DNA from: an uncultured delta proteobacterium
GTDB lineage: Bacteria > Desulfobacterota > Syntrophia > Syntrophales > UBA2192
Direction: 5' to 3'
Assembly (NCBI GenBank): GCA_963705165.1
Contig: CAVPJD010000031.1
Span: forward strand, 100,872-164,871
Length of the DNA: 64,000 nt
Both the position numbers and the translations under genes were made by a program. A model generated the notes under the pieces. The model ran no database searches. It was not told the origin of the DNA and saw only the letters and a list, made by a program, of their open reading frames with translations. Shown in pieces: positions 37,985 to 48,936 of the stretch (its first letter is position 1; each line of letters begins with the position of its first letter).

Positions 37985-39244
37985 ATGAAGGCTCGGCTCA
38001 CAATCCTGATCAGCCTGCTCATCGCTCCTCTCCTTCTATTCGTGTCTTCATCGAGCACTGCCAATAACCCCAGCAGCTGCGTCACCTGCCACACCGACGA
38101 GGCCATGCTGAAGAAAACCTGCAAACCCTTCGTGATTCCCGAGGGTGAGGGCGAGGGGTGAGCGGGGGCGCCTCCGCCGGTCAAGGCGGAAACCTACCAC
38201 CTGAGTTTCCTCGTCGACAAAAAGCTCGTCGAGACGGACAAGCACTTCGAGAAGGGCTGCGTCCAGTGCCACAAGGGAAACGACAAAGCAGGACGACAAG
38301 GATGCCGCCCACGAGGGGATGGTGAAGCGCCCCTCCGATGACCTGGCCCTCTGCGGGGAGTGCCACCAGGAGATCGCCGCGAACTACAAAAAATCTCTCC
38401 ACTACACGACGATCGGCCAGCGCAACCGGGTGGTCAAGAGGATGTCGAAGGAGGAGACGAAGGTCTTCGACGAAAAGGTCTTCGAAAAATCCTGCCGGTC
38501 CTGCCACGCCACCTGCGGCGACTGCCACGTGAAATCGCCATCCATCGGCGGGGTGAGCGTCGGCCTCATCAACAAGCACAAGTTCGTGCGGAAAGACGAG
38601 GGCAAGACCTGCGCCTTCTGCCATGGCGGCCGCGTCTACCCCGAGTACACAGGCGAGTACGGCGGCAACGCCGACGTCCACTACCAGAAGGGCATGATGT
38701 GCATGGACTGCCACACCATGGACGAGATCCACGGCGACGGCAGGGCCTACGCGCAAAAGGAGGAGGTCCGCGACCGGCCCGCGCTGCACCGACTGCCACG
38801 AGCCCGGCAGGGAGACGAAGCTGACGGCCCGAGTGGCCCACCTCAAGCACAGCGAGACGGCCAGCTGCTTACGCCTGTCACTCGGCGGGCGAGTACCGGC
38901 AGTGCTACGACTGCCATCTCGGCGGCGGCTCCGAGGCCAAGCCGGGCTTTTTCCTGGGGACGAGCCCGAGGAACCGCAAGGAGATCACAACGCTGCGCGT
39001 CATCCCCACGGTGCGTGAAAGCTTCAAACCCGCAGGAATCCAGCAGGCGAACTTCGACGCCCTGCCCAACTACTGGGACGCTCCGATCCACAACATCCGC
39101 AAGCGCACGGAGAGGACCCGAAACTGCGACACTTGCCACGAAGACAGGAAGGGCTTTCTCACCATGGAGACCCTCCTGAAGAACAGCTCCCGGACGAACC
39201 TGGAGCTGATCCATAAACCGAAACCCATACCCATCAGCAAATAA
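37985..39244 (+). CDS. Periplasmic 11-heme cytochrome c selenoprotein (Sec59, UGA 38159-38161); three apparent frameshifts (~38290, ~38782, ~38868)
   Basis: Signal peptide, CVTCH, EGEGEG-TGA-AGAPPP in frame to CVQCH; further CGECH, CRSCH, CGDCH, CAFCH, CMDCH, CTDCH, CYACH, CYDCH, CDTCH; SECIS-like hairpin after TGA. Confidence 0.82.
38173..38190 (+). promoter_or_regulatory. Bacterial SECIS element
   Basis: TCCGCC-GGTCAA-GGCGGA hairpin; G-initiated loop starts 18 nt after UGA. Confidence 0.75.
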
Positions 39245-39254
39245 GGAGGTTTTT

Positions 39255-40139
39255 ATGGTCAAAGCGAAAATGAAAGTCATGGTAGGCCTGCTGGCCGTTC
39301 TTCTGCTCCTGCCGGCCGCGGCATCGCGGGAGAGCCCTTCGTCACGACGGAGTGGCTCCAGGCCAATCTTTCCAAGGTAACGGTTCTCGATGTCCGCAAG
39401 GTGGAAGAATACAACGCCGGCCACATCCCCGGCGCCATCAACGTTTTCTATGGCGTTTGGGGCATTAAGAAGGGGGTGCTTCATCAACGAGCTGCCCGCC
39501 GACGACGATCTGAGGGACATCCTGTCGGCCAACGGCATCGAGCCCACCACGAAGGTTGTGGTGGTCTCGAAGAACGAGACCATGCCGTTTCGCACGGATG
39601 CGACACGGGTCGCCTGGACCCTGCGATACGCAGGCGTGGAGAACGTGGCCGTCCTGAGCGGAGGCATCGAGAAATGGGAAGCGGAAAAGAGGGCCCTTTC
39701 GAAGGACGCCGTGAAACCCAAGGCGAAGGCCTACAAGGGCAAGTTAAACAAGCAGTACACTGCGAACAAGGCCTACGTCACGGGCGCCATGGGCAAGGCT
39801 GTGCTCGTCGATGTCCGGCCGCCGGAATTCTACAAGGGCGAGAAGAAGTTGGACTTCGTCGCCAAGACGGGCCGCATCAAGGGCGCCGTGAACCTGCCGC
39901 CCGGAGCGCTGTACAATGCGGACGGCACCTACAAGAGCAAGGCGGAAATCGAGGCTATCGCCAAGCCCGTCGTGGGGGCCGATCTCAACAAGGAGATCAT
40001 CGTATATTGCGACACCGGAAAGGTCTGCACGAACTGGTGGCTGGCCCTCAACGACCTGCTGGGCTACAACAACGTGAAGGTCTATGACGGCTCCTCCATG
40101 GAATGGATGGCGGACCCCGCTGCGCCTTCAGAGCCCTGA
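39255..40139 (+). CDS. Secreted tandem-domain rhodanese/sulfurtransferase; frameshifts near 39325 and 39475
   Basis: AAGGAGG SD, signal peptide, LDVR..EEYNAGHIPGA, L.GG...W, DVRP..FY.G, GRI.GA, IVYCDTG active-site loop, VYDGS..EW. Confidence 0.88.
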
Positions 40140-40265
40140 GCCTGTAATGGATCTGTACTGATGTAATCCCGGCACCCCGCGGGGTGCCGGGATCTCACGA
40201 AAATGCGTTGCCGGAATTTGAACCGAAAATTTTCCGTCTTGCCGCCCTGAACTGCGGGGACTCTC

Positions 40266-42267
40266 ATGAGCCGGTTCAAGAAAGCCTGTGTCCTCCTTCT
40301 CCTGGCCCTGTTCGTGCCGCTCACGCTGGATGCCGCGCGCGCGCCGGACTGGAAGCACGAGGACATCTGGCTCAAGAACGAGCAGGGGCAGCGCATCACC
40401 CCCACGAGAAACAGCGCCGACGCCTATTCGCCCCACCGGACCTGCGGGACCTGCCACGGCTACATGACCATCACGTCGGGCACCCACTTCCAGCAGGGCT
40501 TCGACGAGATGAAGGACGGCTACGACCCGAAGCGCCCCTGGGTCCTCTCCCCCGGCAACTTCGGCAAGGGGGGAGACCCGGGTACATTCACCGAGCGGGT
40601 CGCCGCGAAAAAAAACACCAGTGCCCGCGACATGGGGCACTCCACCTACGACTGGATCGCCGCCGCGGCGGCAAGGGCCAGGTCATCGCCACGGCGTCCG
40701 GCTGGACCCACCCCGGCGGCGGGCCGATGGAGTTCGGCAGAAAAGCCGACGGCAGGCGCGACCTCTCGAAAAACCTCGTCCAGGGGGAGCCCCTGAAGCC
40801 CCTGCCTCTGGACGGGGACTACACCTCCCGCCACACCCCCGACGGGAAAAGCCGTTTCCGGGAGAGCGGTGTCGTGGAGGGGGACTGCCTGATGTGCCAC
40901 CTGAAGGGCTATCGCCTCGATCAGAGAAACCGGCAGCTCGGACTCCGCAACTACCGCTGGGCAGCCACGGCGGGCGCAGGGCTGGGCGAGATCCGGGGCT
41001 CCGTTTTCGCCTTCGACAACCCCGAGGCCGGGCCCGCCGTCGAGGGATACGACAGGGGGTCGTGGAACTTCTCGACCCGCCCCGCCGTCCGGTACGCATG
41101 GGATGACCGCAAACTCTTTACGCCCGAAGGGAAATTCAAGGGGAGCCGGCTGATCAACAAATCCGTCGAACCGGACAACTGCACCCAGTGTCACCGCCAG
41201 ATGGACGGCCAGAAGTCGGGAACCCTCTACCTGCCCGCGGGCGACCTTCACCTCAAGGCGGGGCTTCGCTGCACCGACTGCCACACCCTGGCGGGAAAGA
41301 CGCAGGCCGAACGCCTCCGGCACCGGATCGGCAAGGGGTGGTCGCCCACGGCCACCGCCCGCAACGACCTCGACGGGGCGGGAATGAAGACCTGCGCGAA
41401 CTGCCACCTCGAGGGCCAGTACAAGCCAACCCGGGCGGGCATGCCCAAGGAAGCCAAAAACCCCGAGAACATCCACCGCTCGCTCTTCCACAAGGCGACG
41501 TTCCATTTCTACCTGCTTCACTGCTCGGCCTGCCACGCCTCGGAAAGAAAGACCCGCAGCGTCTATCTCGTGGACTACAGCACGGGACAGCCGGCGTGGT
41601 ACTCGACGGACAAGGCCGCCCTCGTCACCCGACCCGACGACATGAAACAGATGGCGTCGGAGCTCTGGAAGCCCTGGATGGACCGACACGAACGCGCCAG
41701 GGGCGATGGCGAGCGTTATGTCCCGGCAGTGCCCAAGGTGACGCAGTGGTTCGGGGAGATGATCTCCGAGGGAATCGTAAGGCCCATCGGTCTCGAACAC
41801 GTGAGGAAAGCGGCTGCGGGCCAGAAAAAGCTCACGGTGGTCGAAGTCGCCACCCATAACGGCGAGAAGGTGAAGCAGCACCACGGTGGCCACCGAGCAG
41901 GACATGCTCCTCATGATCAAGGCCCTGAGCGACATGGGATTTAAAAACGTCGTCTTCGTAGCCGATCAGCTCTACGAACTGAAGAAGGACAAGATCCAGG
42001 GACGCCCCGTGCCGGCGCTGACGGGGGCCGTGATGTTCCCGATCTACCACGGCAACCTGCCCGTGTCGGCGAAAAAGACCCTGGGACAGAAGGGCAATAA
42101 AGACGGGTGCGCGGACTGCCATGCCGACAACTCGCCCTTCTTCACGAAGCTCAAGGTGCAGGGGCGTGGGGAAATTCCTCAAGGACAGTTACCCGACCCC
42201 GAAGGAGCCCATCGCGGAGCCGCAGATGGTGGACTGGGGACTGACGGGAGTGCCGGCCTCGGAGTAG
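40266..42267 (+). CDS. Periplasmic multiheme cytochrome c (7 CxxCH); frameshifts near 40665, 41880, 42165
   Basis: Signal peptide; CGTCH, CLMCH, CTQCH, CTDCH, CANCH, CSACH, CADCH across frames; ends WGLTGVPASE-TAG. Confidence 0.8.
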
Positions 42268-42339
42268 AAGACAGGGACCAGGGTCTAGGGTATAGGGTGA
42301 GAAAAGAGGGTCCAGGGTCAAGGGGACAGGGTATAGGGT

Positions 42340-43117
42340 ATGGAAAAGAGCGTGTGCTTCATGACTGTGCCAAATACTCTCTGATGCTCGGTGGATCATG
42401 CCTTACGGCATGTGATCCTCTCGTTGCGCTGGCGGCTTGCGGAAAGCCTGCGGAGGCCCCGCCGCCGTGGAAGGTTATCGACGCCTCGACGCTTCGCGCC
42501 ATGATGGCCTCCGACAAGGGACTTCCCGTGTACAACACGATGAGCGAGCTCGAATGCCTCGATCATCGGATTCCCGGTACCCGCTGCCTGGCCTGCGAGG
42601 ATGTCGAGAACAACCCATCCGTATTGCCTGCCGACAAAGGACCGTGACATCGTCTTTTACTGTGAGAGTGCGGGATGCTACCGGAGCTGCCGGGCTGCTG
42701 ATGCGGCCATAAAGGCTGGCTACAAACAGGTTTATATTCTGCAAGACGGGATCCCGGCCTGGAAGCAGGCGGGCTATGCCATGGAGACGATCGAGCGAAT
42801 CCCGCGTGGATCGATCCAGTCGGTGCGGGCCCAGTCGCTCAAGCAGATGCTCACGGAGCGCAAGGACATACTCCTTGTCGATGTCCGCTCGGAGAAGTCC
42901 TACAAGGAAGGCCACATCGAAGGGGCATTGAATATACCGCTGTACCGGTTCAGCAGCAGATACGCCGAGATCCCCCTGGACCGCACGGTGGTGCTCGTCG
43001 ACGACCGCGGGCTTCCGGACGTTCCTGGCGGGGAGCTACCTGGAGATGAAGGGCTACAGGGTCATGAGGCTCTTCGGCGGCATGCAGGGCTGGCAGGAAA
43101 TGAAGGCAGCGAAGTGA
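42340..43117 (+). CDS. Tandem rhodanese-domain lipoprotein; start uncertain, frameshifts near 42640 and 43012
   Basis: LAAC lipobox; HRIPG, IVFYCESAGCYRSC, GYKQVYILQDGIPAWKQAGY; second domain DVRS..SY..GHIEGA with DDRG (Cys-less) loop. Confidence 0.78.
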
Positions 43118-43151
43118 CGGGAAACTCTCCCGAACCAAACGGATGGAATCG

Positions 43152-45019
43152 ATGAAGATCGAGGCAGGACAGAGGCGAAAGGGACTCCGGGCAGGATCTT
43201 CTTCTGCTGGCGGTATTCGCCGTCCTCTGCCTGCCCCTTCCCGCCCCGGCGGCCCAGGACTGCCGGTTCTGTCACGACGAGCCGCTCTACCGCGTCGATT
43301 TCAACAAATCGATCCACGCCAACAACGGCTGCACGAGCTGCCACGTGGGGATCACGAACATCGAGAAGCACCGCGACGGCAAGGAGAAGCCCGCCCCCGT
43401 CGACTGCGGGAGCTGCCACCAGGAGATCGCGAAAGAATACCGGAACAACTTCCATTACATCCAGGAAGACTTCCGCTGCAGCGACTGTCACCGGAACATC
43501 CACTCGATCAGGCAGGACAAGAACAAAAACGTCAAGCTCGCCATCATCGAGAAGTGCACCGAGTGCCACGGCAACGCAGACTACACGGCCTCGGGCCACG
43601 GCGAGGCCGTCCTGAAGGGAAACCAGGACGCGGCGGCCTGCTCGGATTGCCACGGCCTTCACAACACCCGGGTGTTCCACACCTCACTGGAGCAATACCC
43701 CGCCGAGGCGCGCGAGTTCTACACCCAGAAATGCAAGCGCTGCCACGCCGACAGCGCCATGATGAAGCGAAACAACCTCTCGGATAAAATGGTCGCCTAT
43801 TACGAGGGCACCTACCACGGAAAGGTCCAGGAACTGGGCTACCCGGCTCCGGTGGCCGGCTGCGGCGACTGCCACACCAAGCACAACATCCTGCCGAAGG
43901 AGGACCCCCGTTCGAGCATCCACCCCGACAACCTCGAGAAGAACTGCGGACGCTGCCACACGGGCTTCCATACCCGCTTCCTGAGCTACCAGGCGCACCC
44001 CGATTACAAGGACCGGGCCAAATACCCTGCCCTGTACGTCACGTTCCTCCTCATGGGGGCGCTTCTCGTCGGGACGCTCGCTTTCTTCTGGGTCCACACC
44101 ATCCTCTGGTGGCGGAAGGTTTACTGGGAAAACGACCGCATGGAAAGAGAGGGGATCGTGCCGCGCTCGGCGGTCGCAACGGGCGAGGGCCTCCAGCAGG
44201 TGGAGCGTTTCTCCGTCAAGTACCGGATCATGCACGCGCTCCTGGTGATCTCCTTCTTCACGCTCGTGCTGACCGGGTTCCCCCTGAAATATGCCGGGAC
44301 GGAGTGGGCCGCAACGCTCACGCGCCTCTGGGGCGGCGCGCACATGGCAGGGCTCTTCCACCGCGGGGCGGCCTTCCTGCTGATCGTCGGGATGGCCTAT
44401 GTCAGCTTCGAATCCCTGCGTTTCCTCTTCCCCAAGGGCGAGGGCAAGAAGGGCTGGCTCAGCCGGCTGCTCGGCCCCGACTCGCTCTTCCCGAACCTGA
44501 AGGACCTCCAGGACTTCAACGGCAATGATCCGGTGGTTCTTCAACAAGGGCGAGCCGCCGAAATTCGACCGCTGGACCTACTGGGAAAAGTTCGACTTCC
44601 TGGCCGTCTTCTGGGGCATGTTCGCCATCGGCGGCTCCGGGATCCTGCTCTGGAAGCCCGAGTGGTCCTCTTACCTCGTGCCCGGCTGGGTCCTCAACAT
44701 CGCCGCCCTGGTGCACTCCGAGGAGGCGCTGCTGGCGGCCCTGTTCATCTTCACGATCCACTTTTTCAACACGCACTTCATCCCGAACAAGTTCCCCATG
44801 GACCGGCTCATCTTCACGGGGACCTACCGGCTCGAAGAGCTCAAGGAACAGCGGCCCCTGGAATACGAGCGCCTGGTGGCCGAGGGACGCCTGGAGTCCA
44901 TGAAGCGCGGGCACCCGAGCATCCCGCTGAAGCTCATCTCGGCCACTTTCGGCCTGGGAAGCCTGCTGCTGGGTCTTTTCCTGACCGTGGCCATCCTGTG
45001 GTCGATCCTGTTCGGGTAG
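43152..45019 (+). CDS. CbcL-like protein: nine-heme c domain fused to cytochrome b membrane domain; frameshifts near 43190 and 44520
   Basis: CRFCH, CTSCH, CGSCH, CSDCH, CTECH, CSDCH, CKRCH, CGDCH, CGRCH; ERF...RIMH, TGFPLKY, HR, FDRWTYWEKFDFLAVFWG, HSEEALLA..FIFTIHFFN. Confidence 0.85.
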
Positions 45020-45086
45020 GACGGGGATTTCCCTTCATGTTTCACGGACCTTACCCTCGATCGAGCTGACATCCGCATGAAAATGA

Positions 45087-45124
45087 AGGCAGAGTCTATG
45101 GGCTCTGCCTTTTTTGTTTTTTTC
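45087..45124 (+). terminator. Terminator of the cytochrome/rhodanese operon
   Basis: AGGCAGAG-TCTATGGG-CTCTGCCT followed by long T tract. Confidence 0.78.
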
Positions 45125-45201
45125 ATGCTATTAAAGATTTGCGTTTTCGACCAGATGACGGGACAGACCGAATAGACCAGATAGACTGAATCGACCAGCC
45201 C

Positions 45202-45675
45202 ATGGGCCTCATCAGCGACATCTTCGGCATCGGCAAGGACAGCGGCAGCCTCCTGCGGGATCTCGCTGAGATCCGCAAGAAAACGCGGGGGAACCGGAAC
45301 CGTCTGCTCTCGGAAATCGAGTTCAACGCCGCCCTCATCCTGGATCATTATCTCCAGAGGGGGGTTGACGAGACAAAGGTCATCGAAAAGCTGAAGCTCG
45401 AAAGCCTCGCCAGGCTGATCGACGAAGGCTTCGACTTCTAAAAAGTCCGTAAAGGCACGGTCGATGGAATCATGGTGAAGGATCTGCCGGTGCTCCGTCA
45501 TTACGCGGGGCTCGACCTGGAGGGGCTGCTGAAAAAGATCCGTTTCCACATCGAGCAGCTGAAGCTGCTCCCGGAACTCTACGACATCCGGACGACGGAC
45601 AAGGTGAACGTCCGTCTTCGTCTCGAAAACCTGGGCCGGCGCTACGTCCTGCTGGTCCGATTTCTGAAGACCTGA
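45202..45675 (+). CDS. Hypothetical protein split by in-frame TAA at 45439-45441 (nonsense mutation or error)
   Basis: ORFs 45202-45441 and 45472-45675 share a frame and read through as EGFDF*KVRKGTVDGIMVKDLP. Confidence 0.6.
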
Positions 45676-45694
45676 ACAAAGGAGGGAGGGACTC

Positions 45695-47242
45695 ATGAAC
45701 GGCGCGGAAGCTCTTTTGAAGACCATCGCGACGGCAGGGATCGACGTCTGTTTCGCCAACGGCGGCACAACGGAGATGCCCATGATCCTCGCCTTCGACT
45801 CCATCACCGCAATCAAGCCCATGCTCGGCCTGTTCGAGGGAGTCTGTTCGGGTGCTGCCGACGGCTACGGGCGAATGAAGGAAAAGCCGGCCCTGTGCCT
45901 TTTGCACCTGGGACCGGGACTGGCCAACGGGGTGGCCAACCTGCACAACGCAAAGCGGGCCCGCACGCCCCTGCTCAACGTCATCGGCGAGCACGCCTCC
46001 TGGCACATCGAGGCCAATGCCCCCCTGGCCATGGACATCGAGTGCCTCTGCAAGACCTTCTCCGGGTGGCAGCGCACGGTCCGATCCGTCGAGACCATCG
46101 CACGGGATGCTGCCGAGGCGATCGAGGCGACTTTGCGCGGGCAGATCGCAAGCCTCATCGTCCCCTGCGATCTCCAGTGGAAAGAGTACCGGGGAGACAT
46201 TCCCGCGGTAAAAAGCCCGGCCTGCGAGCGCCCTGACCGGAGCGTGATCGAGTCTGCCGCAAAGATGCTGAAGTCGGCGGAAAAGACAGCGCTCATCATG
46301 AACGGCCGCGCCCTGCGACGCCGCGGTCTCGAGGCAGCCGGCCGCATCCGGGCCGCCGTGGGCTGCGATCTCTTCTGCATCAACTTCCCCGCCTACGTAG
46401 ACCGGGGCGCCGGGACCGTGCCCGTAGCCCGCGTGCCCTACTTCCCGGAGCCGGCGGCGGCAGTGCTTGCACCCTACAAGGCCGTGGTGCTGGCGGGAAC
46501 GGATGAGCCCGTCAACTTTTTCGGCTACGAGGGACAGTGGAGCAACCCCGTTGCCGCCGATGTACCGAAGCTGCGGATCGATATCGATTCGCAGGATGCA
46601 GCGGAAACGCTCGAGGCCCTGGCCGACGAACTGGGCGCGCCCGGCAGGGACGCCCTCGGTAAAATTGTCGCGGGATACCAGGTCCCCGACGTCCCGTCGG
46701 GCAAACTCACCCCCGAGAAGGCCTGTCTTGCGCTTGCGGCCCTGCAGCCCGAGAATTCCATCATCGTCGACGAGGGCCTGACGGCGGGCATGTCGTACTT
46801 TACGCTGGGCGCAACCGTTGCCCCTCACAGCTACTTCATGATCACCGGAGGCGCTATCGGGCAGGGCATGCCATCGGCCACCGGGGCCTCCGTCGCCTGC
46901 CCCGACAGGCCCGTCATCAACCTGCAGGCCGACGGCAGCGCCATGTACACCGTCCAGTCCCTCTGGACACAGGCCCAGCAAGGCATGAACGTGACAACGC
47001 TGATCTGCTCGAACCGCAGCTACAACATCATCAACGTGGAGTTGCAGCGCGCTGGGATCACGAACCCGGGTCCCAGGGCCCGTTCCTTTACGGACCTGGG
47101 GAACCCCCCGATCGACTGGCCAAGCCTGAGCAAAGGGATGGGCGTGCCCGGCGTCGCCGTCGACACGGCAGAGGACCTGGCCCGGGAGCTCAAGAAGGCC
47201 CTCCGGGAACCCGGCCCGCACCTCATCGAGATGATCCTGTAA
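45695..47242 (+). CDS. TPP-dependent acetolactate-synthase-like protein
   Basis: MNGAE.L, GLFEGV..GAADGYGRM, LLHLGPGLANG, ADGSAMYT...N TPP motif. Confidence 0.9.
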   Translation: MNGAEALLKTIATAGIDVCFANGGTTEMPMILAFDSITAIKPMLGLFEGVCSGAADGYGRMKEKPALCLLHLGPGLANGVANLHNAKRARTPLLNVIGEHASWHIEANAPLAMDIECLCKTFSGWQRTVRSVETIARDAAEAIEATLRGQIASLIVPCDLQWKEYRGDIPAVKSPACERPDRSVIESAAKMLKSAEKTALIMNGRALRRRGLEAAGRIRAAVGCDLFCINFPAYVDRGAGTVPVARVPYFPEPAAAVLAPYKAVVLAGTDEPVNFFGYEGQWSNPVAADVPKLRIDIDSQDAAETLEALADELGAPGRDALGKIVAGYQVPDVPSGKLTPEKACLALAALQPENSIIVDEGLTAGMSYFTLGATVAPHSYFMITGGAIGQGMPSATGASVACPDRPVINLQADGSAMYTVQSLWTQAQQGMNVTTLICSNRSYNIINVELQRAGITNPGPRARSFTDLGNPPIDWPSLSKGMGVPGVAVDTAEDLARELKKALREPGPHLIEMIL

Positions 47243-47255
47243 TCCAAAGACAAGA

Positions 47256-47432
47256 AAATCCCCCTTCGATCCCCCAGGGCAGCTTCGCTGCAGTAAATGG
47301 TTGACTGGGTAAATGGTTGATTAGGGAAGAGCAGACGGTATGTCCCTGTACTTCCTACTCCACCTTATCGACCAGTAAACGAATCACCAGTTACTGCTGC
47401 GCAGCAGCTCATTGGGGGAAAAAGGGGGATTT
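47256..47432. repeat. ~175-bp imperfect inverted repeat between convergent genes
   Basis: Left arm AAATCCCCCTT...GCAGCTTCGCTGCAGTAAATGGT pairs with right arm ACCAGTTACTGCTGCGCAGCAGC...AAGGGGGATTT over ~75 bp. Confidence 0.75.
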
Positions 47433-47510
47433 GTTTTTTCCATGCTCCGCTCGACGATTTCCCTGTCGTTCAGGGCCTGCATCCCTCCGACGCCTCCCGC
47501 AGAGGCCTTG

Positions 47511-48878
47511 CTACCAGCCAAGAATTCCGAAGAACAGCAGGCATGCGACGGCCCCGACGATAGCCATGGAAAGTCCCCACATGAGCAGTTTTCTGAAGAG
47601 CTTCGACTTGTCCTCGTGCTCGCCGGCGCAGGCGATGCACAGGGCGCCCAGCGTCGACAGGGGTGAGGTGTCGACAAGGTGGGAGCCGATGTTGATGGAT
47701 GAGATCATGGCGATCACGTCCGCTCCGGGCACTTCCTTGGCGAGACCGGGCACGAGGGGCAGGAACATGGGCATCACGACGCCCGAGGAACTCGAGTAGG
47801 CCGAGATGATACCGGTCCAGAGTCCGAGCCAGAAGTTGACGCTCGTGGGACCGGAGATGGCGCCGATCATCCTGACCATCGCGTTGAGGCCGCCCGAGCG
47901 GTCCATGACCTCAACCAGTACGGTCACCCCGCAGACCATCATGATGACGCCCCAGGGCACGACCTTGATTGCGGCCTTGCTGTCGCCGGCATTGAGGAGC
48001 ATGAGGATACCGGCCAGGATGAAAGCGACGGAACCGACGTTGGCGATCAGGGCCATGACTTCCTTGGGCAGGAGCCCCTTCACGGCAGGAAGGGCCGGGG
48101 CGATGACCAGGACGATCAGGAAAACGATGGCGGTGATGGTGTACCACTGCTTCAGTGTGAAGGGTTCGGGCTTGGGGGCCAGTTCGTCAATGTTGATTGC
48201 ATGGCCGCGCTGCATGTTGATCCAGGCCCAGCCACCCATCAGCAGAAAACCGCCGATGTTGATGATGCCCTGGCAATAGGTGGAGTTGAAGTGGATCTTC
48301 CAGGCAAGGCCGTCGAGGGTCCATGCCTCCTGGATGGCGGGCAGTTGAGGAGCGATTTTGGCGATGATGCCGTTCGAGATGATCCCCGTGGGGGCAAAGG
48401 GCGAAAAGGCAGCCCCGTTGGCCGCCCCGACGACCAGCAGCGTCATCAGGAAGGCCGGCATGCCGACGCGGGTCGCGATGGCCATGGCGATCGGGGCCAT
48501 GAGAGCCGTGGCGGCGATATTCCCCGGACCGATCGTGGTGAGGACGGATACGAGAATGTAAATAATGAGGGGGAGCCATGCCGTCTTTCCGCCGCAGGCG
48601 CGGATCGAGTAGGACGAGACCTTTTCCATGGTCCCGTTGGTCGTGGCCAGGGCGAAAAGGAAGGTGACCCCCACCAGGATCATGAAGAGGCCCAGGGGGA
48701 ACGTGTTCATCACCTTGGCGCCGTTCATGCCGACCCAGATCCCTCCCACGATGATGCCGAAGGCAATGCTGAGAAACCCGACGTTGAGATCCTCGTTGAC
48801 GCAGCTGATGATCACGACGATGGCCAGCGCCAGAATGGACATCCATGCCGCCAATGAAATTTCAGCCAATATTTCCAT
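47511..48878 (-). CDS. SLC13/CitMHS-like dicarboxylate permease
   Basis: ~12 TM helices; NGT, SPFAPTG, SSSSGVV.P, SPLSTLGAL. Confidence 0.88.
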   Translation of the reverse strand: MEILAEISLAAWMSILALAIVVIISCVNEDLNVGFLSIAFGIIVGGIWVGMNGAKVMNTFPLGLFMILVGVTFLFALATTNGTMEKVSSYSIRACGGKTAWLPLIIYILVSVLTTIGPGNIAATALMAPIAMAIATRVGMPAFLMTLLVVGAANGAAFSPFAPTGIISNGIIAKIAPQLPAIQEAWTLDGLAWKIHFNSTYCQGIINIGGFLLMGGWAWINMQRGHAINIDELAPKPEPFTLKQWYTITAIVFLIVLVIAPALPAVKGLLPKEVMALIANVGSVAFILAGILMLLNAGDSKAAIKVVPWGVIMMVCGVTVLVEVMDRSGGLNAMVRMIGAISGPTSVNFWLGLWTGIISAYSSSSGVVMPMFLPLVPGLAKEVPGADVIAMISSINIGSHLVDTSPLSTLGALCIACAGEHEDKSKLFRKLLMWGLSMAIVGAVACLLFFGILGW

Positions 48879-48936
48879 GGTTGGTTTCCCTCCTTCGAAC
48901 AGTCACAATCGTGCGTAATGCGTTCGCAATCTGCGT

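Noticed and set aside
42340-42420. TGA followed by a hairpin at the start of the rhodanese lipoprotein as a third Sec site
   Set aside because: The loop is TTAC, not G-initiated GGUC, and the TGA is not in the frame of the lipobox or rhodanese domain.
45439-45441. In-frame TAA as recoding
   Set aside because: TAA is not a recoded codon in known bacterial systems and there is no downstream signal; point mutation or base-call error.
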